From a virus (Duplodnaviria > Caudoviricetes), in the IMG/VR virus record IMGVR_UViG_3300028805_000037, positions 64,001-128,000 of that record: a stretch of 64,000 nucleotides of DNA. The stretch is one strand, 5' to 3'. Shown piece by piece: positions 40,619 to 49,851 of this stretch. Under the pieces are notes generated by a model. It worked only from the letters and a program-made list of their open reading frames with translations. It ran no database searches and was not told the DNA's origin. Made by a program: the position numbers and the translations under genes. Numbering within the stretch: position 1 is the first letter of the stretch; every line of letters begins with the position of its first letter.

Positions 40619-41050
40619 CTATTTAACAGTTTTAACTGCCAATACATAATCTCCATTGGAATCTTTAACTGCTTTAAGTTTTACCCACCTTCTAGTATAC
40701 TCATCCCACCCGTAAATGTGCTGGTTCTTTCCGACAGAATCTTTCTCAAACAAAGGTAATACTTCTGAAGGATATACTTTTATATTTACATCAAACGTTT
40801 TAAAATCAAAAACAAATATATATGTTTTATTTGCATCTAGCTTATTTATCTGGTGATCAAGCACAACTTGAACTGTCTGCGTTACTTGATCTACTCCAAT
40901 TGTATAAACTAAAGGGTTTTTCTTTTCCTTATCTTCTAAATTATAAATCTTCAAATCTTCAAGTTTAATACCTGACACCGCATTATCATTAAATAAAAAT
41001 GAGATATTATTACTTGTCCTTCTAAAAATTCTTAAATTAATTCCTTTCAT
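40619..41050 (-). CDS. Hypothetical protein
   Basis: ORF with AAGGAG SD. Confidence 0.55.
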   Translation of the reverse strand: MKGINLRIFRRTSNNISFLFNDNAVSGIKLEDLKIYNLEDKEKKNPLVYTIGVDQVTQTVQVVLDHQINKLDANKTYIFVFDFKTFDVNIKVYPSEVLPLFEKDSVGKNQHIYGWDEYTRRWVKLKAVKDSNGDYVLAVKTVK

Positions 41051-41068
41051 TTTTCATTTTCTCCTTTA

Positions 41069-41785
41069 TTATTTCAACTCCTCTAATCTTTGATTAATTA
41101 TATTTAATATAGTTTTGACTTTTGTATACTTACTTATCTTAAGTAATAGTTCTTTATCTTCAAGTTTAGCTATAAATAACTTTCTATCATTAGCTTTCAT
41201 CTTTAATATCTTAGCAACGTCTTCTGGAACTTCCTCTATAACTTCTTCTTTCTTATTTAGTTCCTCTAAATCTTTTGCTTCATCTTTCAATACATCTGTA
41301 ATCTCATCTGTTTTTTCTTTTATAATCTCATTAACAGATTTTAATTGTCCTTCACCTGGTTTTTTACCTGGAAGAACTACAAACCCTGCTTCTATAGAAG
41401 CTTCATCTTTTATATTACCTTCTTTAACTACAACTTCAGATTGTTTTTCTGCTTCTATTTTTACAGATACGGGTTCTACATTACCTTCGTTTAATATATC
41501 TGCAGGAATTTCATCTTTAAATGTTCCACCTTTAGTAACTACAACTATATCTTCTTGAGTTTCTTTTTTAATTACTTGTGGTTGTTCAACCTTTGTAATT
41601 GAAGCTGGTTTGAAATAGTCATCCTGCTCAACTACCGTTATATTACCTTTTCTAATTTCTTCAACTACTGCCTTTACTTGTCTTAAGTCATTACACTTCA
41701 AAATATCAAATGTAACAATCATTCCTGGCTCAAATCTAATTCCTGCCAAACTCCAAACTCTGTTCATGTTTGATCTAATTTTCAT
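41069..41785 (-). CDS. Hypothetical protein
   Basis: ORF with AAGGAG SD. Confidence 0.55.
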   Translation of the reverse strand: MKIRSNMNRVWSLAGIRFEPGMIVTFDILKCNDLRQVKAVVEEIRKGNITVVEQDDYFKPASITKVEQPQVIKKETQEDIVVVTKGGTFKDEIPADILNEGNVEPVSVKIEAEKQSEVVVKEGNIKDEASIEAGFVVLPGKKPGEGQLKSVNEIIKEKTDEITDVLKDEAKDLEELNKKEEVIEEVPEDVAKILKMKANDRKLFIAKLEDKELLLKISKYTKVKTILNIINQRLEELK

Positions 41786-41807
41786 TTTTTCATTTTTCTC
41801 CTTTATT

Positions 41808-42275
41808 CTATTTTACTTCTGTATATTTTTTCCCATCTATTGTTGTTAAATTCTGCAAATACTTATCTTTAAGTTTAAATGGTATCTTGACCATCCCTAT
41901 ATGAATCCAGAACTTTCCAGATATTTTCTCCTTAATCAGCTGCCGATAACAAATATCAATCTTACCTTTTCTAATATCATCAAATACTTCATCAACTGTC
42001 TTACCTTTAACTATAAAGTCTACTGCTTCACCTAAACAATGTTGGCTGGTTTTATTTCCGCCAACTCTTTCATTTAATGCCTTTCCTCTAAATCCACTTG
42101 TAACTGTTATAGGTACTTTATAGTAATTACGAATTGGCTGAAGTATATAATTGGCAAGTATATATAAGTTATTCACATAAGGTTTCACTTCCTCATTTTG
42201 TTTGGGAAGTAAATCCTTATGTGAAGTTGTTAGTAGTTCATCGAGAGTGAAATTGGGTGAGAGTTGTGTTGTCAT
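41808..42275 (-). CDS. Endolysin, peptidase M15A family
   Basis: LSPNFTLDEL; SGFR...LN..VGG..TSQH..GEAVD; WIH zinc ligands. Confidence 0.9.
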   Translation of the reverse strand: MTTQLSPNFTLDELLTTSHKDLLPKQNEEVKPYVNNLYILANYILQPIRNYYKVPITVTSGFRGKALNERVGGNKTSQHCLGEAVDFIVKGKTVDEVFDDIRKGKIDICYRQLIKEKISGKFWIHIGMVKIPFKLKDKYLQNLTTIDGKKYTEVK

Positions 42276-42283
42276 TTAATACT

Positions 42284-42646
42284 CTATATATTCTTAAGGA
42301 TGTACTTAACATCTCTATTTATCTCATCTAAAGCTGCTCTTGTTTCTTTTTGATTATCTGAAAGTTGTTGCTTTATTTCTTTTAATTCTGTTTGCATCAC
42401 GCTTAAGTCTTTATTTATAATAAGTTTTTCAGTTTCAAGATCAGCTACCCGATACTTTATTTCCTCTACATCTTTCTCCATTGCATATACTTTTGTTGGT
42501 ACTGTTTCTGAAACTTTAAGATATGTTCCATATATAAATATTAAAACAGTTCCACTTATTACGATTGCCCAAACAATTGTCTTAACATCTTTTAAAAATT
42601 TTACGGTTTTCTTAAGCATGATATACTCCAAAAAGTTAAAGTTCAA
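42284..42646 (-). CDS. Single-TM + coiled-coil protein, putative holin/lysis protein
   Basis: TM segment IVWAIVISGTVLIFIYG; adjacent to the endolysin. Confidence 0.55.
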   Translation of the reverse strand: MNFNFLEYIMLKKTVKFLKDVKTIVWAIVISGTVLIFIYGTYLKVSETVPTKVYAMEKDVEEIKYRVADLETEKLIINKDLSVMQTELKEIKQQLSDNQKETRAALDEINRDVKYILKNI

Positions 42647-43058
42647 GTTTCCCTAAATTCTCATTTAATTTATTTGCTCTTATATTGACCTCTTCTAATG
42701 TAGGTATTATATTTTCCTGATATAAATACTGTGCCAATGACTCTAATTGAAACATATTATCAAATGAGTCAACTAAATCTTCTATATATTTAAGCTTGTC
42801 ACCTTTCATTTGAGGTTCAAGATCTGCTTTTTTACAAGCTTTCTCTTCTTCTTCTACTGCTTTATATAGCTCTTTTAAAAATAAGTCTTTTAATTTAAGA
42901 AATGCTTCCTTTCTATATTCACCTGTTATTAAAGGAATTCTATTTTGTTGGTAATATTCAGACTGTGTTGTGTCTACAATTGCTTCATTAATTGCTTCTT
43001 GTGATACTGTTCCTGTGTCTTTAATATCTTTTTCATTATTCATATTTTCATTCTCCAT
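42636..43058 (-). CDS. Hypothetical protein
   Basis: ORF downstream of the conserved element. Confidence 0.5.
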   Translation of the reverse strand: MENENMNNEKDIKDTGTVSQEAINEAIVDTTQSEYYQQNRIPLITGEYRKEAFLKLKDLFLKELYKAVEEEEKACKKADLEPQMKGDKLKYIEDLVDSFDNMFQLESLAQYLYQENIIPTLEEVNIRANKLNENLGKLEL

Positions 43059-43094
43059 AATAAATTAAATCTTATATCTATAACCTAGATATAA

Positions 43095-43113
43095 TATGAT
43101 AAAAATGTCAAGG
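43095..43113 (-). promoter_or_regulatory. Conserved upstream element, copy 5 (CCTTGACA-TTTT-TATCATA)
   Basis: Exact consensus; upstream of lysis genes. Confidence 0.75.
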
Positions 43114-43146
43114 GAAATTATTAGTATATTATTGTGGAATGCTTAT

Positions 43147-44073
43147 TTATAATGAATACTCTTTATACCATTTTGTACCATTACCTTCTCTATGTACAAA
43201 TAGTCCTGAGTTCTTTGCACCGCTTTTATATTTACTTTTTTTCATATCTACTTTATCTGGACCAAGAAATATATAATTTGAAGCTTCAATGTATTCTTTA
43301 ATAAGTTTACACCATGTATGAAAATCTAAATAATTTGTTTTATATTTATCATGTCTTTTATCTGGAGTACCTTCCCACTGTTCAGTATATGCAAACGGTG
43401 GACAACAGATAACAATTTTATCTGTTTTAACCTTCTGCGCAAGAACATCTCTTTGTGTCCAACCATAATATTTACAGAAATTTGAATTTATATCATAAGC
43501 TTCAATCTTTGGTTCCAAGTTGTGTTTCTTAAACCAACGTTTAGCTGCCTCTACAATTCCACCAAAACCTGCCATTGGAACATAAACGCCACAGCTTAAA
43601 TCAATTCCGCTTTCTTTTATAACTTTCTCAACATGACTTGGTTGCATTGCTCCAACTTTCGGGGCAATTTTTGCAATTGTAAATCTCATTAATATTTCTT
43701 TTGCCAATGCAGAAGGATCTGGTTCTTCACCTTTAAGGTAATCTATATCGTATATCTTTCCAAATGCACTATATACTCTTGCTACAAAATCCTGCTCTTT
43801 ACCATTTGCTTCAAGTTTATGCATTATATAGTAAAGATTATCAATAGCTTTCATCATTGATTTCCAATCATACCATGCTTGCTTCGGAGAAAATTTACCT
43901 TCAGTATGGCAATCCCAGATTGGATGGTTGGGAGGATATTTTTTTGTTCCAGGGAATTCCATACCATTAAAATAAGTTTCATATAAATCAGTGCTGTTAA
44001 CTCCCCAAAGAAACTCTTCTGGATGTTCCTTCTCATACTCTTCTAACCATTTTCTATCTTCATATATTCCCAT
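43147..44073 (-). CDS. SAM-dependent (amino) DNA methyltransferase-like protein
   Basis: Motif I-like VYVPMAGFGG, motif II AYDIN, motif IV-like CCPPF. Confidence 0.65.
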   Translation of the reverse strand: MGIYEDRKWLEEYEKEHPEEFLWGVNSTDLYETYFNGMEFPGTKKYPPNHPIWDCHTEGKFSPKQAWYDWKSMMKAIDNLYYIMHKLEANGKEQDFVARVYSAFGKIYDIDYLKGEEPDPSALAKEILMRFTIAKIAPKVGAMQPSHVEKVIKESGIDLSCGVYVPMAGFGGIVEAAKRWFKKHNLEPKIEAYDINSNFCKYYGWTQRDVLAQKVKTDKIVICCPPFAYTEQWEGTPDKRHDKYKTNYLDFHTWCKLIKEYIEASNYIFLGPDKVDMKKSKYKSGAKNSGLFVHREGNGTKWYKEYSL

Positions 44074-44104
44074 ACTACTTTCTCCTTCTCTTTATTCTAT
44101 TCCT

Positions 44105-44133
44105 ATTATAGTAAATTAAACTTAAGAAGTCAA
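44105..44133 (-). promoter_or_regulatory. Sigma70-type promoter (TTGACT-17-TATAAT) for the methyltransferase
   Basis: Near-consensus hexamers overlapping the end of the nuclease gene. Confidence 0.7.
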
Positions 44134-45357
44134 CCAATCTTTAAGTTCGTCTAGCGTATAAAATATCTTATAATTTAAATTATTTTTCTTAAAACATTCC
44201 AACTTTCTTACGTCTAAATCTGTCCAAGTGTAAATAAGTTGCTTGTATTTATTATTCCTTTTAAATTTATTAGCATGTAATTTAATATCTTCAAGTTCTT
44301 TTAAATGCTCAATATTATTTTTGTCAAAAGGCTTCCCATTATGAAAAAATCCAAAATGACATTCTATATAAAGATCTTTTTCGGGTATATAAAAGTCACA
44401 CTTAAATGGATACTTCTCAGATTTATACTGAAATATTACTTCTTTAAATTTTTGTTGTAACATTTTATATGCGTGCTTCTCAAGTTTAGAACTATTAAAT
44501 GTATGATTACGTTTTTGAGTTTGATAACGTTTTTCTTGTATCTCTGGTAATCTAGCTTTATACTCAGCACTTTCGCTATAACTCTCAACACCATATTTCT
44601 TTTTAAAAGTTTCTTTTCTTTTTGCTAAAATTTTATTAAATTTCTTTTTATAAACATCACTCTGTTCATAATATTCTGTACCATATTTCTCTAAACACGT
44701 CTGTTTATATTTATCTTTAAAATCTTTAAGTCTGTCTCTATAATCTTTACTTTTAGTATAATGATCTACTCCATACTTTTCTAAACAAGTCTGCTTCACT
44801 CTATTTTTATATTCATCTGTCTGTGTATAACTTTCCTTACCAAACTTCTTTATATTGGTTTGTTTAACTTTTTCTTTAAATTCTTTAGTTTTACTATAAT
44901 TATCAACCCTAAATTTCTTCAAGTACGCTTGTTTCTTTTTATCTTTCACAACACCGCTTTGATTTGGACTATCTGTATTATATTTCTGTTTCCAAGTTTC
45001 TAAAACTTTCTGATGTACGTTTTTATCCTGTAAAGTACAACTTACACCATAACGTTCTATATTCGTTGCTATTCTTTTCTTTATAGACTCACTTTGTGCA
45101 GAATGCTTTCCAGAACACTCACGACTACAGAAATCTTTATAATGATGTTTTCTATCAAAAACAATTTTTGTTCCACACTGTTTACAAAAAAACTGTTTAT
45201 CTAAGTCTATATTATTCTTTAAACGGAAGCATAACTCGTGAATTGTTAAATTATATTTAAATAATACTTCTTTAACATCACCTGTTAAGAAATTTTGTTC
45301 TATATACTTTAAATTATATTTTTTAGTTTGTTTTAAAAATTCAATCAATTTTTTCAT
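44122..45357 (-). CDS. Free-standing Zn-ribbon / 23-aa-repeat / Vsr-EDxHD-like endonuclease (copy C)
   Basis: CKQCG...FCSREC, about 7 repeats, QYKSEKYPFKCDFYIPEKDLYIECHFGFFH...WTDLD..K. Confidence 0.8.
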   Translation of the reverse strand: MKKLIEFLKQTKKYNLKYIEQNFLTGDVKEVLFKYNLTIHELCFRLKNNIDLDKQFFCKQCGTKIVFDRKHHYKDFCSRECSGKHSAQSESIKKRIATNIERYGVSCTLQDKNVHQKVLETWKQKYNTDSPNQSGVVKDKKKQAYLKKFRVDNYSKTKEFKEKVKQTNIKKFGKESYTQTDEYKNRVKQTCLEKYGVDHYTKSKDYRDRLKDFKDKYKQTCLEKYGTEYYEQSDVYKKKFNKILAKRKETFKKKYGVESYSESAEYKARLPEIQEKRYQTQKRNHTFNSSKLEKHAYKMLQQKFKEVIFQYKSEKYPFKCDFYIPEKDLYIECHFGFFHNGKPFDKNNIEHLKELEDIKLHANKFKRNNKYKQLIYTWTDLDVRKLECFKKNNLNYKIFYTLDELKDWLTS

Positions 45358-45363
45358 ATTTAA

Positions 45364-45392
45364 ATTTTAACACACTATAATTAATTTGTCAA
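45364..45392 (-). promoter_or_regulatory. Sigma70-type promoter, leaderless (TTGACA-17-TAAAAT-6-ATG)
   Basis: Consensus -35, extended -10 TG, no SD. Confidence 0.75.
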
Positions 45393-45399
45393 TAGAAAT

Positions 45400-45437
45400 A
45401 AAAAAAAAAGCTACCGAGGAATCCTCGGTAGCTTTTT
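45400..45437 (-). terminator. Intrinsic (bidirectional) terminator after major capsid gene
   Basis: AAAAAGCTACCGAGGA-A-TCCTCGGTAGCTTTTT perfect inverted repeat with a long U-tract on the minus strand. Confidence 0.9.
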
Positions 45438-45450
45438 AATACTAAACTAA

Positions 45451-46428
45451 TTAAGCTAAGTTTCTTACTCTTCCAGATACACCAGCACAGTTATAAATTC
45501 CCATGCCGATTATTTCGTAAGGAATTATATCATACTGAAGTAAAGGAATGTTATCAAATATAGAAACTTCAACAGCTTTTCTTTCCGGCAATCTTCCGAG
45601 TTTATCTGGAGTTGTCAATGTAAATACTGGCTGTTGGTTTTTACCATTTGCATCATAACCATAGTTTTTATCAAGTCTTGTAGAAGCAATAGCTCTGACA
45701 CCAAATATAGAACCAAAGTTTCCTGTTTCCAATTGGATGTTCAAAGATACTGGATCCAAATCTTGAGAATCCCATTTCAATATATCTGCATATGTTTTTG
45801 CACCTAGCAAATACGTTTTAGCAATCAACTGTCTTTCAGTTATATCACCAAACATTTCTGCAAAATCTGCTTTTGCAATTGTAGTTGTAGTAGAACCATA
45901 TGTAGCCATTGCAGCTGGGTTAGGATTTTTAACTGCTGCTGATTTAACCAAATCAAATATCATGTCATCTTCAGCTATAGCCATAGATATTGCAGCTCTT
46001 TCTTTTGCTCTGTCGAATACAGGATATTTTCTTACAGCTAATTCTTGTTTCTTAATAACTTCATTTACTGTAACTTCAAACGTAGGAATACCAATTCTCT
46101 TGATGCCTTGTTCAAATACTGGAGCTTGTCCTCTAGCAGCCATTTTAACAGCACCAAATTCTGGCATATCCATATCGTATACAGGAATATCTCCAGTAGG
46201 TATTGTGTCAACCATCAAAAGTTTTCTACCAACACCAACATAATCCAATCTCGTTTTCAACGGACCAGACAAAGCGAAAGCTATTCTTTGATATCCGCCT
46301 GGTGCATTCCAGTACATGTTAAATTTTTGTTCTTTTGCTTCCATTGATACAGGAGCAGCTGCATTAACTGAAGCTTTTCTTGCTAATGCTGTATCGCCCC
46401 ATAATGATATATTATCTATTGTACCCAT
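45451..46428 (-). CDS. Major capsid protein (HK97 fold)
   Basis: PLKTRLDYVGVGRKLLMVD.IP.G..PVYD, IPTFEV, AIAED..IF; follows protease/scaffold/decoration; followed by a strong terminator. Confidence 0.9.
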   Translation of the reverse strand: MGTIDNISLWGDTALARKASVNAAAPVSMEAKEQKFNMYWNAPGGYQRIAFALSGPLKTRLDYVGVGRKLLMVDTIPTGDIPVYDMDMPEFGAVKMAARGQAPVFEQGIKRIGIPTFEVTVNEVIKKQELAVRKYPVFDRAKERAAISMAIAEDDMIFDLVKSAAVKNPNPAAMATYGSTTTTIAKADFAEMFGDITERQLIAKTYLLGAKTYADILKWDSQDLDPVSLNIQLETGNFGSIFGVRAIASTRLDKNYGYDANGKNQQPVFTLTTPDKLGRLPERKAVEVSIFDNIPLLQYDIIPYEIIGMGIYNCAGVSGRVRNLA

Positions 46429-46999
46429 GATTTATTATCTCCTTTTAAAATTTTTAAATTATTACTTTATGAAAACTTGTATTTCTTTTCCGTCTGCAGA
46501 TACAGCAAGCAACGTACCGAATCCAGAACCTTCTCCTGCTACAGTTATGTTTCCACTTGCATCAGAAGCTAAAGCTACGCCTAATGTAGTATCTGGAGTT
46601 ATTGCACTTGTATCAATAGCTGTGAATGCAACAACGTCTCCATCACCTTTCGTATATTCAAAGTTTTTAACACTGTATACACCAAACATACAAGCTGTTA
46701 TTTTCTTTGAACCGAAAATACCCCATCCGTTATCAGAAACTTCATTTACATTTGCTTCAACATTTATAGATTCTTTTGCCAATCCATAAACTGTAGAAGA
46801 AGCATTTGCCAATACCAAACCTACTGAAGTATTTTCCAAGCATTGACCTGCGATTACTGCTGTTCCGTTGAAAACTTTAGTACCATCTTCTATCGTATTA
46901 GGAAATAAAGGTGATATACCAAAGTCGGTTGTTAAATTATCTTCTTGAACTGAATACATTATACCCATGATTTATTTTCTCCTTTTAAATTTTTAAATT
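46422..46999 (-). repeat. Near-identical ~38-nt translation-initiation regions at 46422-46460 and 46962-46999
   Basis: AATTTAAAAATTT(T)AAAAGGAGA(T/A)AATAAATCATGGGTA precedes both MCP and the decoration gene. Confidence 0.8.
46462..46968 (-). CDS. Head decoration / capsid cement protein
   Basis: Small Gly-rich beta protein directly upstream of MCP. Confidence 0.65.
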   Translation of the reverse strand: MGIMYSVQEDNLTTDFGISPLFPNTIEDGTKVFNGTAVIAGQCLENTSVGLVLANASSTVYGLAKESINVEANVNEVSDNGWGIFGSKKITACMFGVYSVKNFEYTKGDGDVVAFTAIDTSAITPDTTLGVALASDASGNITVAGEGSGFGTLLAVSADGKEIQVFIK

Positions 47000-47001
47000 G
47001 C

Positions 47002-48207
47002 TTATTCAAACAATTTATCTAAACCTGTATCTGTTCCACCACTATATTGGGAAAATATTTGTGGAATGTTTTGTCCAGGCATTCTTTTTGATGCTTTTAC
47101 TTCTGTGAAATCTACAACTTCTTCTTTTTTATTATCTTTCTTTGCTTCTCCACCGAAAAGACCTGCTACATCTTTATCAGCTTTTTCTCCATCAGAAAGT
47201 TTTACAATTTCTTTTACAACATCTAATACAACTTTCAAAGCTTTTTCATCTGCTTTTACAAGTTTATCTTTGAAAACATTTTCTTTTTGTACTTTAACTA
47301 CTTTCTTGATTTCAGAGATAATTGCATTGATGTCTTTATCTTTGTTACCATTTGAAATTTCTTCTTTCATGTTCTTATTTTCATCTTCAAGTTTCTTTAC
47401 TTCTTTATCAGCATTTTCTTTTTCTTTTTTCATTTCATCTAATTCAGCTGACAATTTAAGAAATTGTTCTTTCAATGAAGATTGTCTATTAATAGATTCT
47501 ACTGCGTCTCCACCACCATTTCCTGGCAATCTACCAAAATATGATTTAACTGGGGAAGAAACCGCACCAGCATCTTTAACACCTTTACCAGCATCTGCTT
47601 TAGCTTCTTTTTCATTTACTGAAACTATTGCACCTTCAGTTGCTTTTGCTGGTTTATTTTTACCATCTTCTTCTTTATTAAATGTAAATACCGTTTCATC
47701 TTCTTTTGCTGCTTCTTTCTTTATAGAAGCTTTTTTAACCATTTCTGCATGACTTGCAGAAGCTTCTTTACAGAATTGTTTAAAACCTTCAAAATCTTTA
47801 CATACAGAAGCAATCTGTTTTGCAATAACTTCTGGCGTAGGTACACCTGCTTTTTTATAAATTGCGTCTACGTCAACTTTTGCAAATTCAATTTTATCTT
47901 CTACTTTTTCTTCTACTTTTTCCATCTCTTCATGACCTTTAGCTTCTTGAATATCTTCTTTAACACTATCTAATTTAGCTTCTGCTTCATTTAAATTTTC
48001 AATAGCTTTATCTTCAGTTACTGGAGTACCTTCAACTTTATTTTCAGCTTCAACTTTATTTATTTCTTCCTCAGCTGCTTCAATTTTCTTTTGCATATCC
48101 AAAGGCAAAACTTCTGAAGCACTTATAACTTTAACATCTTTACCTTCTCTTCCAATAAAGAAAGAATCAGCAAATGACTTACCTGCTTTATAAAATAACT
48201 CAAACAT
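47002..48207 (-). CDS. Prohead scaffolding protein
   Basis: Highly charged coiled-coil protein between protease and decoration/MCP. Confidence 0.65.
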   Translation of the reverse strand: MFELFYKAGKSFADSFFIGREGKDVKVISASEVLPLDMQKKIEAAEEEINKVEAENKVEGTPVTEDKAIENLNEAEAKLDSVKEDIQEAKGHEEMEKVEEKVEDKIEFAKVDVDAIYKKAGVPTPEVIAKQIASVCKDFEGFKQFCKEASASHAEMVKKASIKKEAAKEDETVFTFNKEEDGKNKPAKATEGAIVSVNEKEAKADAGKGVKDAGAVSSPVKSYFGRLPGNGGGDAVESINRQSSLKEQFLKLSAELDEMKKEKENADKEVKKLEDENKNMKEEISNGNKDKDINAIISEIKKVVKVQKENVFKDKLVKADEKALKVVLDVVKEIVKLSDGEKADKDVAGLFGGEAKKDNKKEEVVDFTEVKASKRMPGQNIPQIFSQYSGGTDTGLDKLFE

Positions 48208-48324
48208 TATTATTCTCCTATTTTAATTAAATTTTAATATAATTTAGACCATATAAAATAATTTCTATTACCTTTCTACTATTCTCTGTTCTTTTTTCTT
48301 CTTTGTTCTAGATTTTCTATTATT

Positions 48325-49020
48325 TTATAATGATTCAAATGTATTTTGTAATTCTTCTATATATTCTTTTTTAGAATTTGTTTTTGGTAAATTAACAACA
48401 TAACTCATTTTTTGTAATGAACCATTGTCTTTCACAAATACTTCCCCAACGGTTTCATCTTCTTTAGAAGCCTTTACATAAATTCCTGGAAATACTTCTA
48501 CAGAAGCTTTCTTATCAACTATTTCTTCATCAACTTCATCTAATACGCCTTCTGTAAATGAAGTAGGAGCTTTATTACCTCCACCCTTACCTACATCTGG
48601 TGATACTGTTTTTAAACCTTCCAATACTTTAGGTGATATACTTTTTACCTTCTCTTGAATCTTAGTTGCCATTGATTTTTCAAATAAAGAAAAATCATTA
48701 CTAAATTCAGAACGAAGTTTATCATCTATTATTCTATCTAAAATTCTTTTTACTTTATTTTCAACTGCCTTTTCAATCATATCATCAACATCTGCAAACA
48801 TACCTACAAGGTTCAAACCTTTTTCTTTTGGTTTGCTCGCACCTTTATCTGCTACATTTGTTTCTTTATTTGGTGCATCACCTTCAGCAGCAGATATAAA
48901 AGACTTCTCAGCAGTCCTTTCTATTTGTTTTGTATCAAAATTTATATTAGGTGCTTTTTCACCTTTATCTTTCCAATAATTTGAATAATGTTGCGCTAAT
49001 CTATTAAATTGATCAGCCAT
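48325..49020 (-). CDS. Hypothetical head-region protein
   Basis: GGAGG SD; KAS motifs. Confidence 0.55.
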   Translation of the reverse strand: MADQFNRLAQHYSNYWKDKGEKAPNINFDTKQIERTAEKSFISAAEGDAPNKETNVADKGASKPKEKGLNLVGMFADVDDMIEKAVENKVKRILDRIIDDKLRSEFSNDFSLFEKSMATKIQEKVKSISPKVLEGLKTVSPDVGKGGGNKAPTSFTEGVLDEVDEEIVDKKASVEVFPGIYVKASKEDETVGEVFVKDNGSLQKMSYVVNLPKTNSKKEYIEELQNTFESL

Positions 49021-49058
49021 AGTTCCTCCAAAAAAGATACTTATATATAAGTACTCAA

Positions 49059-49077
49059 TATGATATTTTTGTCAAGG
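49059..49077 (-). promoter_or_regulatory. Conserved upstream element, copy 6 (CCTTGACA-AAAA-TATCATA)
   Basis: Exact consensus; upstream of the scaffold/capsid operon. Confidence 0.75.
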
Positions 49078-49086
49078 GTACTTAAT

Positions 49087-49851
49087 TTATTTCATATTTT
49101 TTGCCATAACATTTAAAGCTTGAATTAATGTATTGATTACTTCTTTATCGTAATGTCCTTCTTTTATTTTATCTTTATTTTGTGCATAAACTTGGAATAT
49201 TCTAGCTGTATCATCGGCGGGAGTTTCTACTATACTATCTTCACAGAAACATAAACCATAATTAATCTCTGCACCATACTCATTAGTTGAAGCATTTATA
49301 AGTTTACCTTTACAGTAATGCATATCATTTGGATTCATATGTTCACATAACCCTTCAAGTGTAGTTGTATAATTACCACAAATACAACATTTAGCAGCTC
49401 CTGCAAATGTACCCATTGAAGTACCTGAAACCAAACCTGACTCTACTCTATGTAATAAACCAGGATACTTTTGTTCTGCTAACTGCCTATCTACTGCACA
49501 TAACAATTCAACATATGCGTGTTTTTGTGCAGGCTCAACAAAATTAGCATCTAAAATTATTCCCATAGAATTGTTTGGATCGTCTGAATTATGATTATAA
49601 AATACACCTTTACCAATAAATGAAGAATATGCTTTTTTAACTTCATCGTATGGAAATATATCACCATTAGCATTTCTTTCATCACACGTAATTGCTCTGT
49701 TGCGGTAGTACAAATAATTTTCAGGGTCAAATTCAAATGCTTTTATTACATTCTTTGATGCTTGTCTATTAAAACCATACCAACCTTCAAGCATATCGTT
49801 GGCTGATTTATAAACTTCAATCGGTTCCATCATACATAATCTTTTAAACAT
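49087..49851 (-). CDS. Prohead (capsid maturation) serine protease
   Basis: N.NGD.F, F.NH (His), GTSMG (Ser), C.ICGN, E.S.V..PAD..A. Confidence 0.85.
   Translation of the reverse strand: MFKRLCMMEPIEVYKSANDMLEGWYGFNRQASKNVIKAFEFDPENYLYYRNRAITCDERNANGDIFPYDEVKKAYSSFIGKGVFYNHNSDDPNNSMGIILDANFVEPAQKHAYVELLCAVDRQLAEQKYPGLLHRVESGLVSGTSMGTFAGAAKCCICGNYTTTLEGLCEHMNPNDMHYCKGKLINASTNEYGAEINYGLCFCEDSIVETPADDTARIFQVYAQNKDKIKEGHYDKEVINTLIQALNVMAKNMK

Noticed and set aside
43854-44036. Nested 60-aa minus-strand ORF
   Set aside because: Out-of-frame overlap inside the methyltransferase gene with no supporting features.
18648-45357. CRISPR-like array in the ~69-nt periodic repeats
   Set aside because: The repeats are degenerate in-frame protein repeats without spacers; no cas genes seen.
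48208-48324. Purine-rich 117-nt gap upstream of the scaffold gene
   Set aside because: No conserved element, convincing hairpin or ORF found; cannot support a feature.
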